Below are positions 22,238 through 31,505 of a stretch of DNA of 49,491 bases, in pieces. Origin of the DNA: a virus; IMG/VR virus record IMGVR_UViG_3300005323_000007; one strand, given 5' to 3'. How positions within the stretch are numbered: the first letter of the stretch is position 1; each line of letters opens with the position of its first letter. The notes below the pieces were generated by a model, which was not told the DNA's origin, searched no databases, and was given only the letters and a program-made list of their open reading frames with translations. Made by a program: the position numbers and the translations under genes.

Positions 22238-22675
22238 ATGGAGAAAGGCGATTTTTCCGATGTAAGGAGACACAGAGAATCATTCGTTCACCCGACCGCC
22301 GTTTTTTACGATACCATCACTAATGGAAACGAAATTACGCTTCAGGAAATCGAGCGTCGCGCCGGTGGTAAGATCAACAGAAACGAACTTACCGCACAAA
22401 TGGCGCTCAGGGGCTTTGAACGAAAGTATCAAACAAATCCTCCGCGCTATGTCCGGCGTTCATGGTCTACTATCGAACCGTACCGGCAAGCTCAAGGCTG
22501 TACGATCGACGACCTCAAAAACGCGCTTGAGTTCCATAATCTGAAACTTGACATATCGTGGAAGAATATTATTTCAGCGCTGGGTTTCCATGCCCGTCGA
22601 GAAGACGTGAATCGTCATATGAAGGCGCTTGGATATAGTTTTGATCGGAAGCGCGCGCGATGGAATAAAATCTAA
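22238..22675 (+). CDS. Hypothetical protein
   Basis: 145-aa ORF with RBS AAGGAGG. Confidence 0.5.
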   Translation: MEKGDFSDVRRHRESFVHPTAVFYDTITNGNEITLQEIERRAGGKINRNELTAQMALRGFERKYQTNPPRYVRRSWSTIEPYRQAQGCTIDDLKNALEFHNLKLDISWKNIISALGFHARREDVNRHMKALGYSFDRKRARWNKI

Positions 22676-22683
22676 AAATACTA

Positions 22684-22711
22684 TTGACATTTTGTCAAAG
22701 AGGTATACAAT
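22684..22711 (+). promoter_or_regulatory. Sigma70-like promoter with a palindrome over the -35 element
   Basis: TTGACA, a 16-nt spacer, then TACAAT. The -35 element is part of TTGACATTTTGTCAA. Confidence 0.5.
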
Positions 22712-22733
22712 GAACGCACAAAGGAGCTGAATT

Positions 22734-23357
22734 ATGAAGGAACACCCTATATTATTTAGTGGTGAAATGGTACAGGCAATTCCCGAAGGCTACAAGACCA
22801 TGACACGGCGAGTGATTAAGCCACAACCAGATTTTCCCGTTTTTGTTAAAAAAGCAGTTTGTTCATATGATGATGAATCGTCATATTATTGTTGGTGGTT
22901 GCTTGATTCTTTGGATTTGACTATTGATGATTGTTCTTTTTTGCGGTGCCCTTATGGAGTGCCAGGAGACCATTTATGGGCAAAAGAAACATGGGGAATA
23001 GGTACACAACTCGCCGGAGGAATTGTTTATAGAGCAAGTGGTGGGCGTTTAGCAGATGGGGAACATTGGCATCCATCAATTTTTATGCCACGGGAATTAT
23101 CACGCATCACCCTTGAGATTACCAATATCAGGGCGGAAAGGTTACAAGATATAACCGAGGAAGATGCGATGAAAGAGGGGATGGCGCGAGAATTACGCGC
23201 AGCTCTTGGATATTCTCCAGAGGTATCAGAAGAAACTTTCAATTTAACACAAGCCAGAGATACCTTCAGAATTTTATGGGATAAACTCAATTCAAAGCGC
23301 GGCCATGGCTGGAAGAAAAACGATTGGGTATGGGTTATTGAGTTTAAGAAAATATAA
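22734..23357 (+). CDS. ASCH/PUA-like domain phage protein
   Basis: The N-terminal segment HPILFSGEMVQAIPEGYKTMTRRVIKPQP is a common phage ASCH-like signature. Confidence 0.45.
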   Translation: MKEHPILFSGEMVQAIPEGYKTMTRRVIKPQPDFPVFVKKAVCSYDDESSYYCWWLLDSLDLTIDDCSFLRCPYGVPGDHLWAKETWGIGTQLAGGIVYRASGGRLADGEHWHPSIFMPRELSRITLEITNIRAERLQDITEEDAMKEGMARELRAALGYSPEVSEETFNLTQARDTFRILWDKLNSKRGHGWKKNDWVWVIEFKKI

Positions 23358-23375
23358 TTTTCAAAGGAGCTGAAC

Positions 23376-24563
23376 ATGGGTAAAATATTTGGAGACCCGA
23401 AGGTTATTGAGATTGTCGAGAAGATGCCAGCAGGTTCCCCCGCGAACCTTGTTTGTTTGGATGCAATCAAGGATTTGCCGGAAACATTGTCGGGATATAT
23501 TATCCCCGTACCGTATACGGTAAACGATTTCGAGGAAGTTGGCGGCGGAAACTATATGCCTTCTCCTGACCTTGTGAATCGTATTTGCGAGGCACGGGGG
23601 ATATTCGGATGTGATGGCGGAACGGTAGAACCTTTCTATCTTGAGATAGACTGGAATCGTCTTGCCTGTAAATTCGACGAACCGCCCAAGATGGTACGGA
23701 TGCACGTCGGGTATATTGCCAAGAAGCGCGGTCAGGTCATGATGGAAGATGGCGTCATGCGCACGAGCGATGAATGTGTCGTGCTCTACAATGCATGGGA
23801 ACGCCTCTGCGCGGATCGTTGGGGGCCAGAAGAGGCAGGGACAAATTTCTATGACCCGAAAATCGTAAAAACTGACCCGAATGGTTCCCGATATTACGAA
23901 TATTCTTATTACGACAAGAACACGAAGAAAACAGTATCTAGTAAAAAATATCTGAAATATGATACCCGCAGCAAACGTCAACTTAGCTTCGATGAAGAAT
24001 TGAAATTCGCGCAACGCAAGGCGGACACCAAGGCCAGGAACGTCGTTATTCGAGTCATCACGGGGATGAATACAGGCTACACAAAAGAAGACCTGAAAGC
24101 TGGATGCTTCTATTTTCATCGTATTCAGCGTTCGGAATGGTCAATCAAGGCAGAACAGGCGGCATACCTCAAGAGAATCACTGATCCGCAACATGTGGCA
24201 CTCCCTTCTGCCTCCTCAGAAGTTTTCGACTCGCCGCATCCCATTATCGCAGAACCTGTGAATGACACACCCCAGGAATCCCCACCCGAATCTCAGCCAG
24301 AAACTGAATCGGAAGCTGAACCCACACCTCAGAAAACCCACCAGCAGATGCTTATAGACGTTTTGACGACATATAAGGAGCAGAATCTTGTACCAGAAGC
24401 GCGGGTAAAGGGCGTCGATAGTCTGCTTGGATGGCTCGATAAGACGAAAGAGGCCGAGAAGTCTGCATATTGGTCGAAGGCGCTGACGCTTCTGTCGGTG
24501 GTCGAACAGAGTTTGCCTGAAGACAAGAGAATCGAGCATGAAGGGCTGGAGGTAGGGAAATGA
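23376..24563 (+). CDS. Hypothetical protein, possibly a recombination partner (single-strand annealing protein?) of the downstream nuclease
   Basis: 395 aa with an acidic Pro/Glu-rich C-terminal region, translationally coupled (ATGA) to the Mre11-Rad50 fusion. No firm motif. Confidence 0.25.
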   Translation: MGKIFGDPKVIEIVEKMPAGSPANLVCLDAIKDLPETLSGYIIPVPYTVNDFEEVGGGNYMPSPDLVNRICEARGIFGCDGGTVEPFYLEIDWNRLACKFDEPPKMVRMHVGYIAKKRGQVMMEDGVMRTSDECVVLYNAWERLCADRWGPEEAGTNFYDPKIVKTDPNGSRYYEYSYYDKNTKKTVSSKKYLKYDTRSKRQLSFDEELKFAQRKADTKARNVVIRVITGMNTGYTKEDLKAGCFYFHRIQRSEWSIKAEQAAYLKRITDPQHVALPSASSEVFDSPHPIIAEPVNDTPQESPPESQPETESEAEPTPQKTHQQMLIDVLTTYKEQNLVPEARVKGVDSLLGWLDKTKEAEKSAYWSKALTLLSVVEQSLPEDKRIEHEGLEVGK

Positions 24564-27500
24564 TTAAATACCTCTCAGTTCCAGACTTCCATTTTCACCC
24601 TGACTGGCTCGATGTCTCGCTCATGTGTGCGAAGAAAATTGAGGATACCGCACGCGAGCGGAACGTCGATTTCATCCTATTCCCCGGAGACTTTTTTGAC
24701 AAAGCGATTTACGCCACGGACAAGGGCGGTATCAACGAAGCGCGGGGAATCATCCGTCGCCTCAACAAAATATGTCCCGTGGCCGCCATTTATGGTACGC
24801 CGTCGCACGACTATAAAGGATGCTACGGGCCGCTCGAATCCGAAGGGCTTGTCGTTATTCAGCCGGGGATTCCCTATCGGTTCTATAATAGAAATATTTA
24901 TCAATGGGAACAGGGTTCAGATTTCGCCGACGCACTCCTCTTCGGTATCCCCGAACCCACGAAGGAAGTCTACCAGGCGAAACATCCCGAAGTCGCGGCG
25001 GACAAGGTGAACGCCGCCATCGTGAACGCCATCAATCGAATCATCGTTGAGCAGATCGCGCCGTTCAGGCTCATGTTTCCCGATACTCCGATGATAGGTA
25101 TGTTCCATGGCAACGTTTCCGACGCGCAAGACCGCGCCGCAGAGACGAATGTCATCCTCAAGGTTTCGGATATCGTTATCAAAACCGATTCATTCGCTCA
25201 GGCGAATCTCAACCGCTGGGAGTTCGGCCATATTCATACACCATGGGAATCCTCGAAAATATCGGGCGGTTATGCTGGATTTGCGGGAATGGATAGGAAC
25301 CCATGGAACAAAACTGGGTTCTATCCTTCCATGAATTATGTCGAACTCGATGCCACACATCTTCCTACGGTTCAGCGAATTCCATATGGTACACCGAAAC
25401 GAATTATCATAGACAAGCCGCTCAGTTCTTACGAAAAGAACATTGCCTACTGGCTGAAATCAGATGACCATGAGGCAGTTTGTCCCCCCGGTCATCCATG
25501 GAGCAGAATAACCTATAACGAAACGAAGACCGTCAGCCGGCGCGTGGATGAATCGACGCTCGAAAAGGCCAAGACGCTTCCCGAACTGGCGAAGCTCTTT
25601 GACCCGAACGTCAGTAAAAAGACGCTTGATGTCTTTGCTCTCATCGAACAGCAGATGCCGCCAGTTGCGCTCGCCGAACGGAGCGTCGAGCTTCAGAGCA
25701 TCGAAATTACGGGAGCGAAATTCTGGCAAGGTAAAACAGTTTCGCTCGATATATCGAAGCTTCCTGACGGCCTTACACAGATCATAGGTCAGAATGGTTC
25801 AGGGAAATCGGCATTTCTCGGATTCTGCTCTCCCTATCCCTGTTTCATCGGCAAAGATACTGAATCAGGACGGATGTCCGCGATAAAAGATTTTTTTCAG
25901 GAACCGGAATCGGGCATAAAGAAAACAATCCTCTATAATGGGCAGATGCATGAACACATCATCATGATTCGCGGCGCGCACACAAAGACGCCGAAGACGG
26001 AATGTTTTCTGACGATCGACGGCAAGCCCGAACTTGAACGCGCCTCGTTCGACGATATGTTCGCGGCGTGCGAACGATTCTATGGCTCGCTTGCTGATTA
26101 TCTTATGACTTCGTTTTATGTGCAACCTCTTCAGGGCAAGGCAGAGTCGGGACTTATGACCGCGAATATGGCGACGGTGCGGAATCTCGTTCAGTCCATT
26201 GCGGGGCGGGATCATGCTGAAGAAAAGGCCTTCGCTCTCTCGAAGGTTCGTGAGTATGAAGACTTGACGGGCCGTGAGTCGTTACTCATTGAATCGGATG
26301 AACGGCATATTCCCGACATGGATGAAATATTGGCGCGTAAGTCGCAGATTGAACAGGATGTCGAAGATACTAAAACAGTCCAGCGAGACTCGGAGAAAAA
26401 TCTTGAAAGCGTACAGTCTCATTATGACGCGATGAAACTCGCCCATGATGCCGCAGAGGAACGGTTGCAGCGGAAAAATGATCTTCTCAAGAAAGCCGCG
26501 AATGTCGAAAGTGAAATCGAGAATCTTAAAATAAAATCGGATGGATTGAGTTTTGTTATCGCGGGGGCGCAACCTGCGCGTGAAAGTCTTGAGAAAGATG
26601 GAGAGGTAAAGAAAGACTTTGAATCTGCGCGTACTGAATTCATGGCGATGGAATCGCGGAATAGTGAAAAAAAGTTTGCGTGTGAAAAAGCGTCTTCGCA
26701 GATACGTGAAATAGATGCGAGGATTCAGAAGATAAGAGATGATGCCGAGTCAGCATATCGTCTCGAATATTCGCATTGGGAGAAAACCGTTGCAGAAGCG
26801 AAGGAGAAAATCTCTGAACTTACCCACCAGAATGATGTAAAAAACCAGAGCGCGCTTATGGAATGGCAACTCGCAGTAGCGAAAAGAGAATCTGATGAAT
26901 CGAAGAACGCCGCGCTTAACCGTGAAATCGAGCTCATTCGAAAGCCATGCCCAAACTGCGGGTATCTAGCACCAGATATCATCGAAAAGATAAAGACACT
27001 CGAATCTTCTCTTGTCAATATTCCTGTGCATCCTATACGTCCTGATTCGTTTGAGCTTGTTATTCCCATCGAATTGCTTGATAAATTCCATAAAAAAGCT
27101 CCTATACAAGAATCGGTTTCGATACCACAGGGTCTCATTGACCAACGCGCTGCGCTTGAATTAAAAACTGTCTATCTCCCTGAATCAATGACGATGCCTT
27201 CGCGAGGCCTCAGCGATTCCGATATTGCAACACTCAAGAACGACATCGATGAAGCCACTCGCGCTGAAGCCGAACAGAAAATTATTCTCAGTGAAATCAT
27301 CCCGTCGAAAATGCGAGACGTGGAATCGCTTCGAGAGGAATCGCGTGAAATAATCGTTTATTCTATCGACATGAGCGAGGAGAACGAAAAACTCGCCTCA
27401 GCAAAATTGGCATGGTCTTCCGCCGGAGAAAAAATATCTTCACTCAATACCGAATTTGAGGCCGTCAAGAAGGACATCCAGAGCATCATCGACCAGCGTG

Positions 27501-28075
27501 AAGCCCTTGAAGCACGAAAAAGAAAGCTCACAGAATCGAACGAATGGCTCGAAGCATGGCGACAGGCCGACACGATGCTCTCACCCGCAAAGATTCCAGC
27601 TATGGAACTCGAAGCCTCGCTCGATGCCATTGATGGTGAGGCTACAAGAATGATTCAACCATATAGGAATGGACGGTATATCTTCGAGACGGTAACACAG
27701 AAACTTGGCACGAAGGATACGGTCGATAAATTCGACATCATAATTCATGATTGCGAGACAGGGACATCGAAGAGCTTCCTAAACTTCTCCGTCGGAGAAA
27801 AATCGTTCTTCAACGATGCCTATGTGAAATCGCTCGTAAAAATCAGAAAATCAAGGATGCGCGTAAGCTATTCTCCTATCATCATGGACGAAGCGGATTC
27901 CTTCATCGATATTCCAATGATACCGCAGTTCTATGAGATTCAACGTGAATATTACAATGATTCCGATTCGAAAGTCCTGATAGTCTCGCACTCCCCTGAA
28001 GCGGGAAATTTCTTGCAGAGCGTGAAGTCTATGGATGAAATAAAAGGAGGCTACTATGGAATTCAAGAAAGGTGA
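24560..28075 (+). CDS. Fused Mre11/SbcD-like phosphoesterase and Rad50/SbcC-like ATPase
   Basis: The N-terminus has DFHFHPD, GDFFD and FGHIH phosphoesterase motifs. These are followed by Walker A GQNGSGKS, a long coiled coil with a CPNC hook, the signature FSVGEKS, and Walker B IIMDEAD. Confidence 0.75.
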   Translation: MIKYLSVPDFHFHPDWLDVSLMCAKKIEDTARERNVDFILFPGDFFDKAIYATDKGGINEARGIIRRLNKICPVAAIYGTPSHDYKGCYGPLESEGLVVIQPGIPYRFYNRNIYQWEQGSDFADALLFGIPEPTKEVYQAKHPEVAADKVNAAIVNAINRIIVEQIAPFRLMFPDTPMIGMFHGNVSDAQDRAAETNVILKVSDIVIKTDSFAQANLNRWEFGHIHTPWESSKISGGYAGFAGMDRNPWNKTGFYPSMNYVELDATHLPTVQRIPYGTPKRIIIDKPLSSYEKNIAYWLKSDDHEAVCPPGHPWSRITYNETKTVSRRVDESTLEKAKTLPELAKLFDPNVSKKTLDVFALIEQQMPPVALAERSVELQSIEITGAKFWQGKTVSLDISKLPDGLTQIIGQNGSGKSAFLGFCSPYPCFIGKDTESGRMSAIKDFFQEPESGIKKTILYNGQMHEHIIMIRGAHTKTPKTECFLTIDGKPELERASFDDMFAACERFYGSLADYLMTSFYVQPLQGKAESGLMTANMATVRNLVQSIAGRDHAEEKAFALSKVREYEDLTGRESLLIESDERHIPDMDEILARKSQIEQDVEDTKTVQRDSEKNLESVQSHYDAMKLAHDAAEERLQRKNDLLKKAANVESEIENLKIKSDGLSFVIAGAQPARESLEKDGEVKKDFESARTEFMAMESRNSEKKFACEKASSQIREIDARIQKIRDDAESAYRLEYSHWEKTVAEAKEKISELTHQNDVKNQSALMEWQLAVAKRESDESKNAALNREIELIRKPCPNCGYLAPDIIEKIKTLESSLVNIPVHPIRPDSFELVIPIELLDKFHKKAPIQESVSIPQGLIDQRAALELKTVYLPESMTMPSRGLSDSDIATLKNDIDEATRAEAEQKIILSEIIPSKMRDVESLREESREIIVYSIDMSEENEKLASAKLAWSSAGEKISSLNTEFEAVKKDIQSIIDQREALEARKRKLTESNEWLEAWRQADTMLSPAKIPAMELEASLDAIDGEATRMIQPYRNGRYIFETVTQKLGTKDTVDKFDIIIHDCETGTSKSFLNFSVGEKSFFNDAYVKSLVKIRKSRMRVSYSPIIMDEADSFIDIPMIPQFYEIQREYYNDSDSKVLIVSHSPEAGNFLQSVKSMDEIKGGYYGIQER

Positions 28076-28472
28076 TAAGGTTTTGATTGAAGGAGAAGTT
28101 GTAAATATTCATGATAATGAAATTATCATTGAAACCAGGGAAAGCAGAATTTGTTATTGGCTTACCGGTGGTGATCTTAAAAAGCCTTCTTCCGTAATCT
28201 TCGACCCGACAAGCCCAGAGGCGCAAGCGCTGATTGGGAAAGAGGTGGAATTTACCGACTATCATGATTTTCATGTTTATAAAAAAGGAATTTTAAGTTA
28301 CGCAAATTATGGTTCGGAAAGCCCTTTTATAAGGCGCGACGATGAGCGCGGGTATCATTTTATTCGCCCAGTCAAGATTCCTGAAATTTCAGTCGCCGAG
28401 GCCCAGGCCCTGCTCGATAAGCTCAGGCAGAATGTGAAAATAGGGGAGGCACCCGATGAGCAAAGTAAGTGA
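28056..28472 (+). CDS. Hypothetical protein
   Basis: 138-aa ORF with RBS AAAGGAGG. Confidence 0.5.
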   Translation: MEFKKGDKVLIEGEVVNIHDNEIIIETRESRICYWLTGGDLKKPSSVIFDPTSPEAQALIGKEVEFTDYHDFHVYKKGILSYANYGSESPFIRRDDERGYHFIRPVKIPEISVAEAQALLDKLRQNVKIGEAPDEQSK

Positions 28473-28701
28473 GGCATTGGAATTATATAGGACATGTCAT
28501 GTTGATGATAAGTCGCTTGAAATCATGATCGATTCGATGCCCGACATGGCCGCACTGCTCTTGAAGTGCAAGCCGTGGATTGAATGGTTAAAATTATATC
28601 TTAAACAGTATCCGGAATATGCATCGGCTGATTCAAGCATTGCCGAGCTTGAATCCATCCTGGCCGAAATGAATGGGGAGGAGAATCATGAAGGTGCTTA
28701 A
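28456..28701 (+). CDS. Hypothetical protein
   Basis: 81-aa ORF overlapping its neighbours in an operon-like arrangement. Confidence 0.45.
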   Translation: MSKVSEALELYRTCHVDDKSLEIMIDSMPDMAALLLKCKPWIEWLKLYLKQYPEYASADSSIAELESILAEMNGEENHEGA

Positions 28702-28858
28702 AACTATTGAGATAGATGGGGAAAGGTATGATTTGGTGCGTCCAGAAAATTATCTTAGAAAACCTTGCCTAAAATGCATCTTTTTCGATATGTCTCCATT
28801 ATGCGGAATAGTCGATCGTACGCCAGTGCTAAGCACTGTCCCCATGCGGATGATGTAA
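28688..28858 (+). CDS. Hypothetical Cys-containing protein
   Basis: Trimmed to MKVLKTIEIDG, after GGAGGAG. Confidence 0.4.
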   Translation: MKVLKTIEIDGERYDLVRPENYLRKPCLKCIFFDMSPLCGIVDRTPVLSTVPMRMM

Positions 28859-28861
28859 CCT

Positions 28862-29068
28862 ATGAAGAATGCGAGAAGGTACAAGATGGCTGATAGCTTC
28901 GCTAAATTTTGTGCGTGGTCGTTTGCCCACTGTCTGAAAAAGATAGACGGGAAGATTTGCAAAGATTGGAGCTGCGATTATTGCAGCGACAAATGCAAAG
29001 GAGTCCCCTTTGACAAAAGACGTCCACAATGTACACGGTTTATGGAGGAGGAGAAGAAAGGTGAATAA
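28862..29068 (+). CDS. Hypothetical Cys-rich protein
   Basis: 68-aa ORF with 9 Cys. Confidence 0.4.
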   Translation: MKNARRYKMADSFAKFCAWSFAHCLKKIDGKICKDWSCDYCSDKCKGVPFDKRRPQCTRFMEEEKKGE

Positions 29069-29249
29069 ATTAGCAATTGTATTGAGAACTATTGATTATC
29101 GTGGGGATCATGCGTCGGATGTTGAATTGCCAATTGAATATAAGCCAGGCGAAACAATAGATGACCTGGTGGAAAGAAGTACTATTGGCACATCTCAATG
29201 GGCGCGTGGTGAAGTGCTAGAAATTAGACTTATGGCAATATCGGTCTAG
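29061..29249 (+). CDS. Hypothetical protein
   Basis: GTG start after GGAGGAGGAG, overlapping the upstream stop. Confidence 0.4.
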   Translation: MNKLAIVLRTIDYRGDHASDVELPIEYKPGETIDDLVERSTIGTSQWARGEVLEIRLMAISV

Positions 29250-29284
29250 GAGATTACCTATTTAATTGGAGGAGGAGGAGCGAG

Positions 29285-29512
29285 ATGGAAAATAAAACTG
29301 GAATTGAACTAGTAAAATCAATGCTGATAGGTAGAAAATATCGCATAAGATTATCATCTGGGTGGATTGGGGATGTTTATTATCGAGGTTATAGCGATGC
29401 TAGATTTTGTTTCTTTTTTTCAAAAAAACCATTAGGCAGAAAAGCAAATATGCCAATTGATAATTTGGTTGAAACTATATTATTGGATGAGGCCACCAAT
29501 GACCGCGATTGA
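29285..29512 (+). CDS. Hypothetical protein
   Basis: 75-aa ORF with RBS GGAGGAGGAGG. Confidence 0.45.
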   Translation: MENKTGIELVKSMLIGRKYRIRLSSGWIGDVYYRGYSDARFCFFFSKKPLGRKANMPIDNLVETILLDEATNDRD

Positions 29513-30041
29513 ATTGCTGAAAGAAGCAAAAAATGAAGCAGAGCATATGCTTGCCGAAATAAATAAGTTGAACAAGGATGCGGCGGAAGTAAAAAAGTGT
29601 TGCTTGCCAGTCAGTTTGATTTTTGACGAGGTAGCAATAGCCGCACTTGTACAGGATATCGACTTCTATTTTTCCTCTCCGCCGAGCGAGAAGGCGAATG
29701 AACTGATATTTAGAATAAGAGCATATATTATGCGTGAATATTGCGATGGTTGCGATCCAGAAGTCGTATTTGAAATGACGGGTGAGCAGGCAGCCCGCGA
29801 GATTGAGGCGTTCGGGCAAAGATGGGTCCCGATTTCCGTAAAACCCCAGCAAAGGCAAATGGTTTGGATAACTGGGCATGAATATGGTAAACCGGAAAAT
29901 GAAATCTTTTATACATATGGGATGTATGCCGACGGGGTATTCTCTGAAGAAATAGGGGGCATTTATATGAAAGTAACATATGCTGAATATTGGATGCCTG
30001 TTTTGTCCGCGCCGGAAGCGCAAGGAGAAAAGAATGAGTGA
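29499..30041 (+). CDS. Hypothetical protein with a DUF551-like C-terminus
   Basis: The C-terminal pattern WVPISVKPQQ...VTYAEYWMPVLSAPE is typical of phage DUF551. The start is uncertain (29457/29487/29499). Confidence 0.4.
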   Translation: MTAIELLKEAKNEAEHMLAEINKLNKDAAEVKKCCLPVSLIFDEVAIAALVQDIDFYFSSPPSEKANELIFRIRAYIMREYCDGCDPEVVFEMTGEQAAREIEAFGQRWVPISVKPQQRQMVWITGHEYGKPENEIFYTYGMYADGVFSEEIGGIYMKVTYAEYWMPVLSAPEAQGEKNE

Positions 30042-30441
30042 AGAACGGCAAGAAATGCACTGGATAAATGCTACACCAGACGGTGGTTATGTTATTAGAA
30101 TCCTTGAATCCTATATCGATGATTCATATTTTAGCGACAATTTAATGGGTCTCCCGCCAGAAAATCCTATATGCATTGAAATGAACAAGGCAAGAGAAAC
30201 AAGGAACGAGCTCTTGAGAAAAGCAATTAAAATACTCGAGGGAAATTTTACCAAGGATGTTCTTCTCTCCGAGTGTAAGAAGGCGCTGGAATCAGGACTA
30301 ACTGCCCACAGAAAACTTGTTAGTCACTGCTTTAATAGAAACGAAACATGGGAAGAATTCGAGAAAAGAACACATCCGACAGATGCAGAAGTTCAAATGT
30401 CTTTGACATTGAATAAGCTCACGGAGGCAGGGGTAAAATGA
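30034..30441 (+). CDS. Hypothetical protein
   Basis: Trimmed to MSEERQ, after AAGGAG. Confidence 0.45.
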   Translation: MSEERQEMHWINATPDGGYVIRILESYIDDSYFSDNLMGLPPENPICIEMNKARETRNELLRKAIKILEGNFTKDVLLSECKKALESGLTAHRKLVSHCFNRNETWEEFEKRTHPTDAEVQMSLTLNKLTEAGVK

Positions 30442-30635
30442 TTTCGAGCGGCTATTCTTTAGTACTTTATTGTGATGATCCAGATCATATTTTTGAAGCA
30501 TCTCGTCAATATGGGGAATTTGACGATGAAAGGAAAGACGAATGCTGGAAAAACGCGCGTAAGGCTGGGTGGATATTAAAAAGCAATAGAGAATGTATAT
30601 GCCCTATATGCGCAAAAAGGAGAAAGTTAAAATGA
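30438..30635 (+). CDS. Hypothetical protein with a C-terminal CxxC
   Basis: 65-aa ORF with ATGA coupling at both ends. Confidence 0.45.
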   Translation: MISSGYSLVLYCDDPDHIFEASRQYGEFDDERKDECWKNARKAGWILKSNRECICPICAKRRKLK

Positions 30636-30859
30636 AACAGCACACCTTACAGGAGATTGCGGACTTCTTCGGATGCTTTGTCGCTTATGGCCGTTATAGT
30701 TCTGTTTTTTCTTGCCCACGAGAGCCAAGATATTCAGAGGATGTCCACGGATATGTAACACCGTATGCAGAATGTTTTCTCACAATCCCAAGAGAAATAA
30801 TTTCAGACTTTTCCACTCACGACCCTCGCGTTCTGGTGAGGCCAAGGGGATCTAATTAA
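30632..30859 (+). CDS. Hypothetical protein
   Basis: Trimmed to MKQHTLQ, after AAGGAG. Confidence 0.45.
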   Translation: MKQHTLQEIADFFGCFVAYGRYSSVFSCPREPRYSEDVHGYVTPYAECFLTIPREIISDFSTHDPRVLVRPRGSN

Positions 30860-30891
30860 ACGAAGCGCCATTATCTTTTAAGGAGGTTTTT

Positions 30892-31290
30892 ATGAGCATC
30901 AATTCAGTACAGGTGGAAGGGAATCTTGTCGCGGAACCCGAAACCAAAGCCACAGGCACGGGAAGAACGGTTGTCAAATTCACGATCGCCGAAAATGTCA
31001 GGGTTAAGGATTCGGCAACGAATGAATGGAAGGATGGGACGCCGAATTTCTATGACTGCGAGTTCTGGCCGAATGATCCGCAATATTGGCTCAAACGGCT
31101 CGGTAAAGGAGTCGGAGTCGTTATTTTTGGCCGTCTCACACAGGATAAATGGGAAAAGGACGGTCAGAAATACAGCCGAATCAAGATAATCGTCGAGAAG
31201 ATTATTTCCAAATGGCTTCCTGAATTACAGGCAATAGCCCCGAAGGCCGAGGAGAAGGCGCCGGATTTCACGGATGATATTCCATTCTGA
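30892..31290 (+). CDS. ssb: Single-stranded DNA-binding protein
   Basis: OB-fold pattern VQVEGNLVAEPE...GRLTQDKWEKDGQKYSRIKIIVE and an acidic C-terminal tip, DFTDDIPF. Confidence 0.85.
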   Translation: MSINSVQVEGNLVAEPETKATGTGRTVVKFTIAENVRVKDSATNEWKDGTPNFYDCEFWPNDPQYWLKRLGKGVGVVIFGRLTQDKWEKDGQKYSRIKIIVEKIISKWLPELQAIAPKAEEKAPDFTDDIPF

Positions 31291-31298
31291 GGTACACC

Positions 31299-31505
31299 AT
31301 GCATCAGTTACCGTGGAAGGAAGTTATGGGATGCTCCGAGTGCGGCTCTTCAGCGACGGCATATGTTTTCGGGCCATTTACGATGGTGAAGGAAAATCAT
31401 AGCCATAGTCATCACGTAAGATTCAGATATTTCTATAACGGCAAAAGTTTTTATAGCGAATCCGCACTCATTCGATACGTTAATTCAAAGGCAGCGAAGC
31501 GATGA
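31299..31505 (+). CDS. Hypothetical zinc-ribbon-like protein
   Basis: 68-aa ORF with a CSEC motif and an ATGA overlap with the primase gene. Confidence 0.4.
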   Translation: MHQLPWKEVMGCSECGSSATAYVFGPFTMVKENHSHSHHVRFRYFYNGKSFYSESALIRYVNSKAAKR

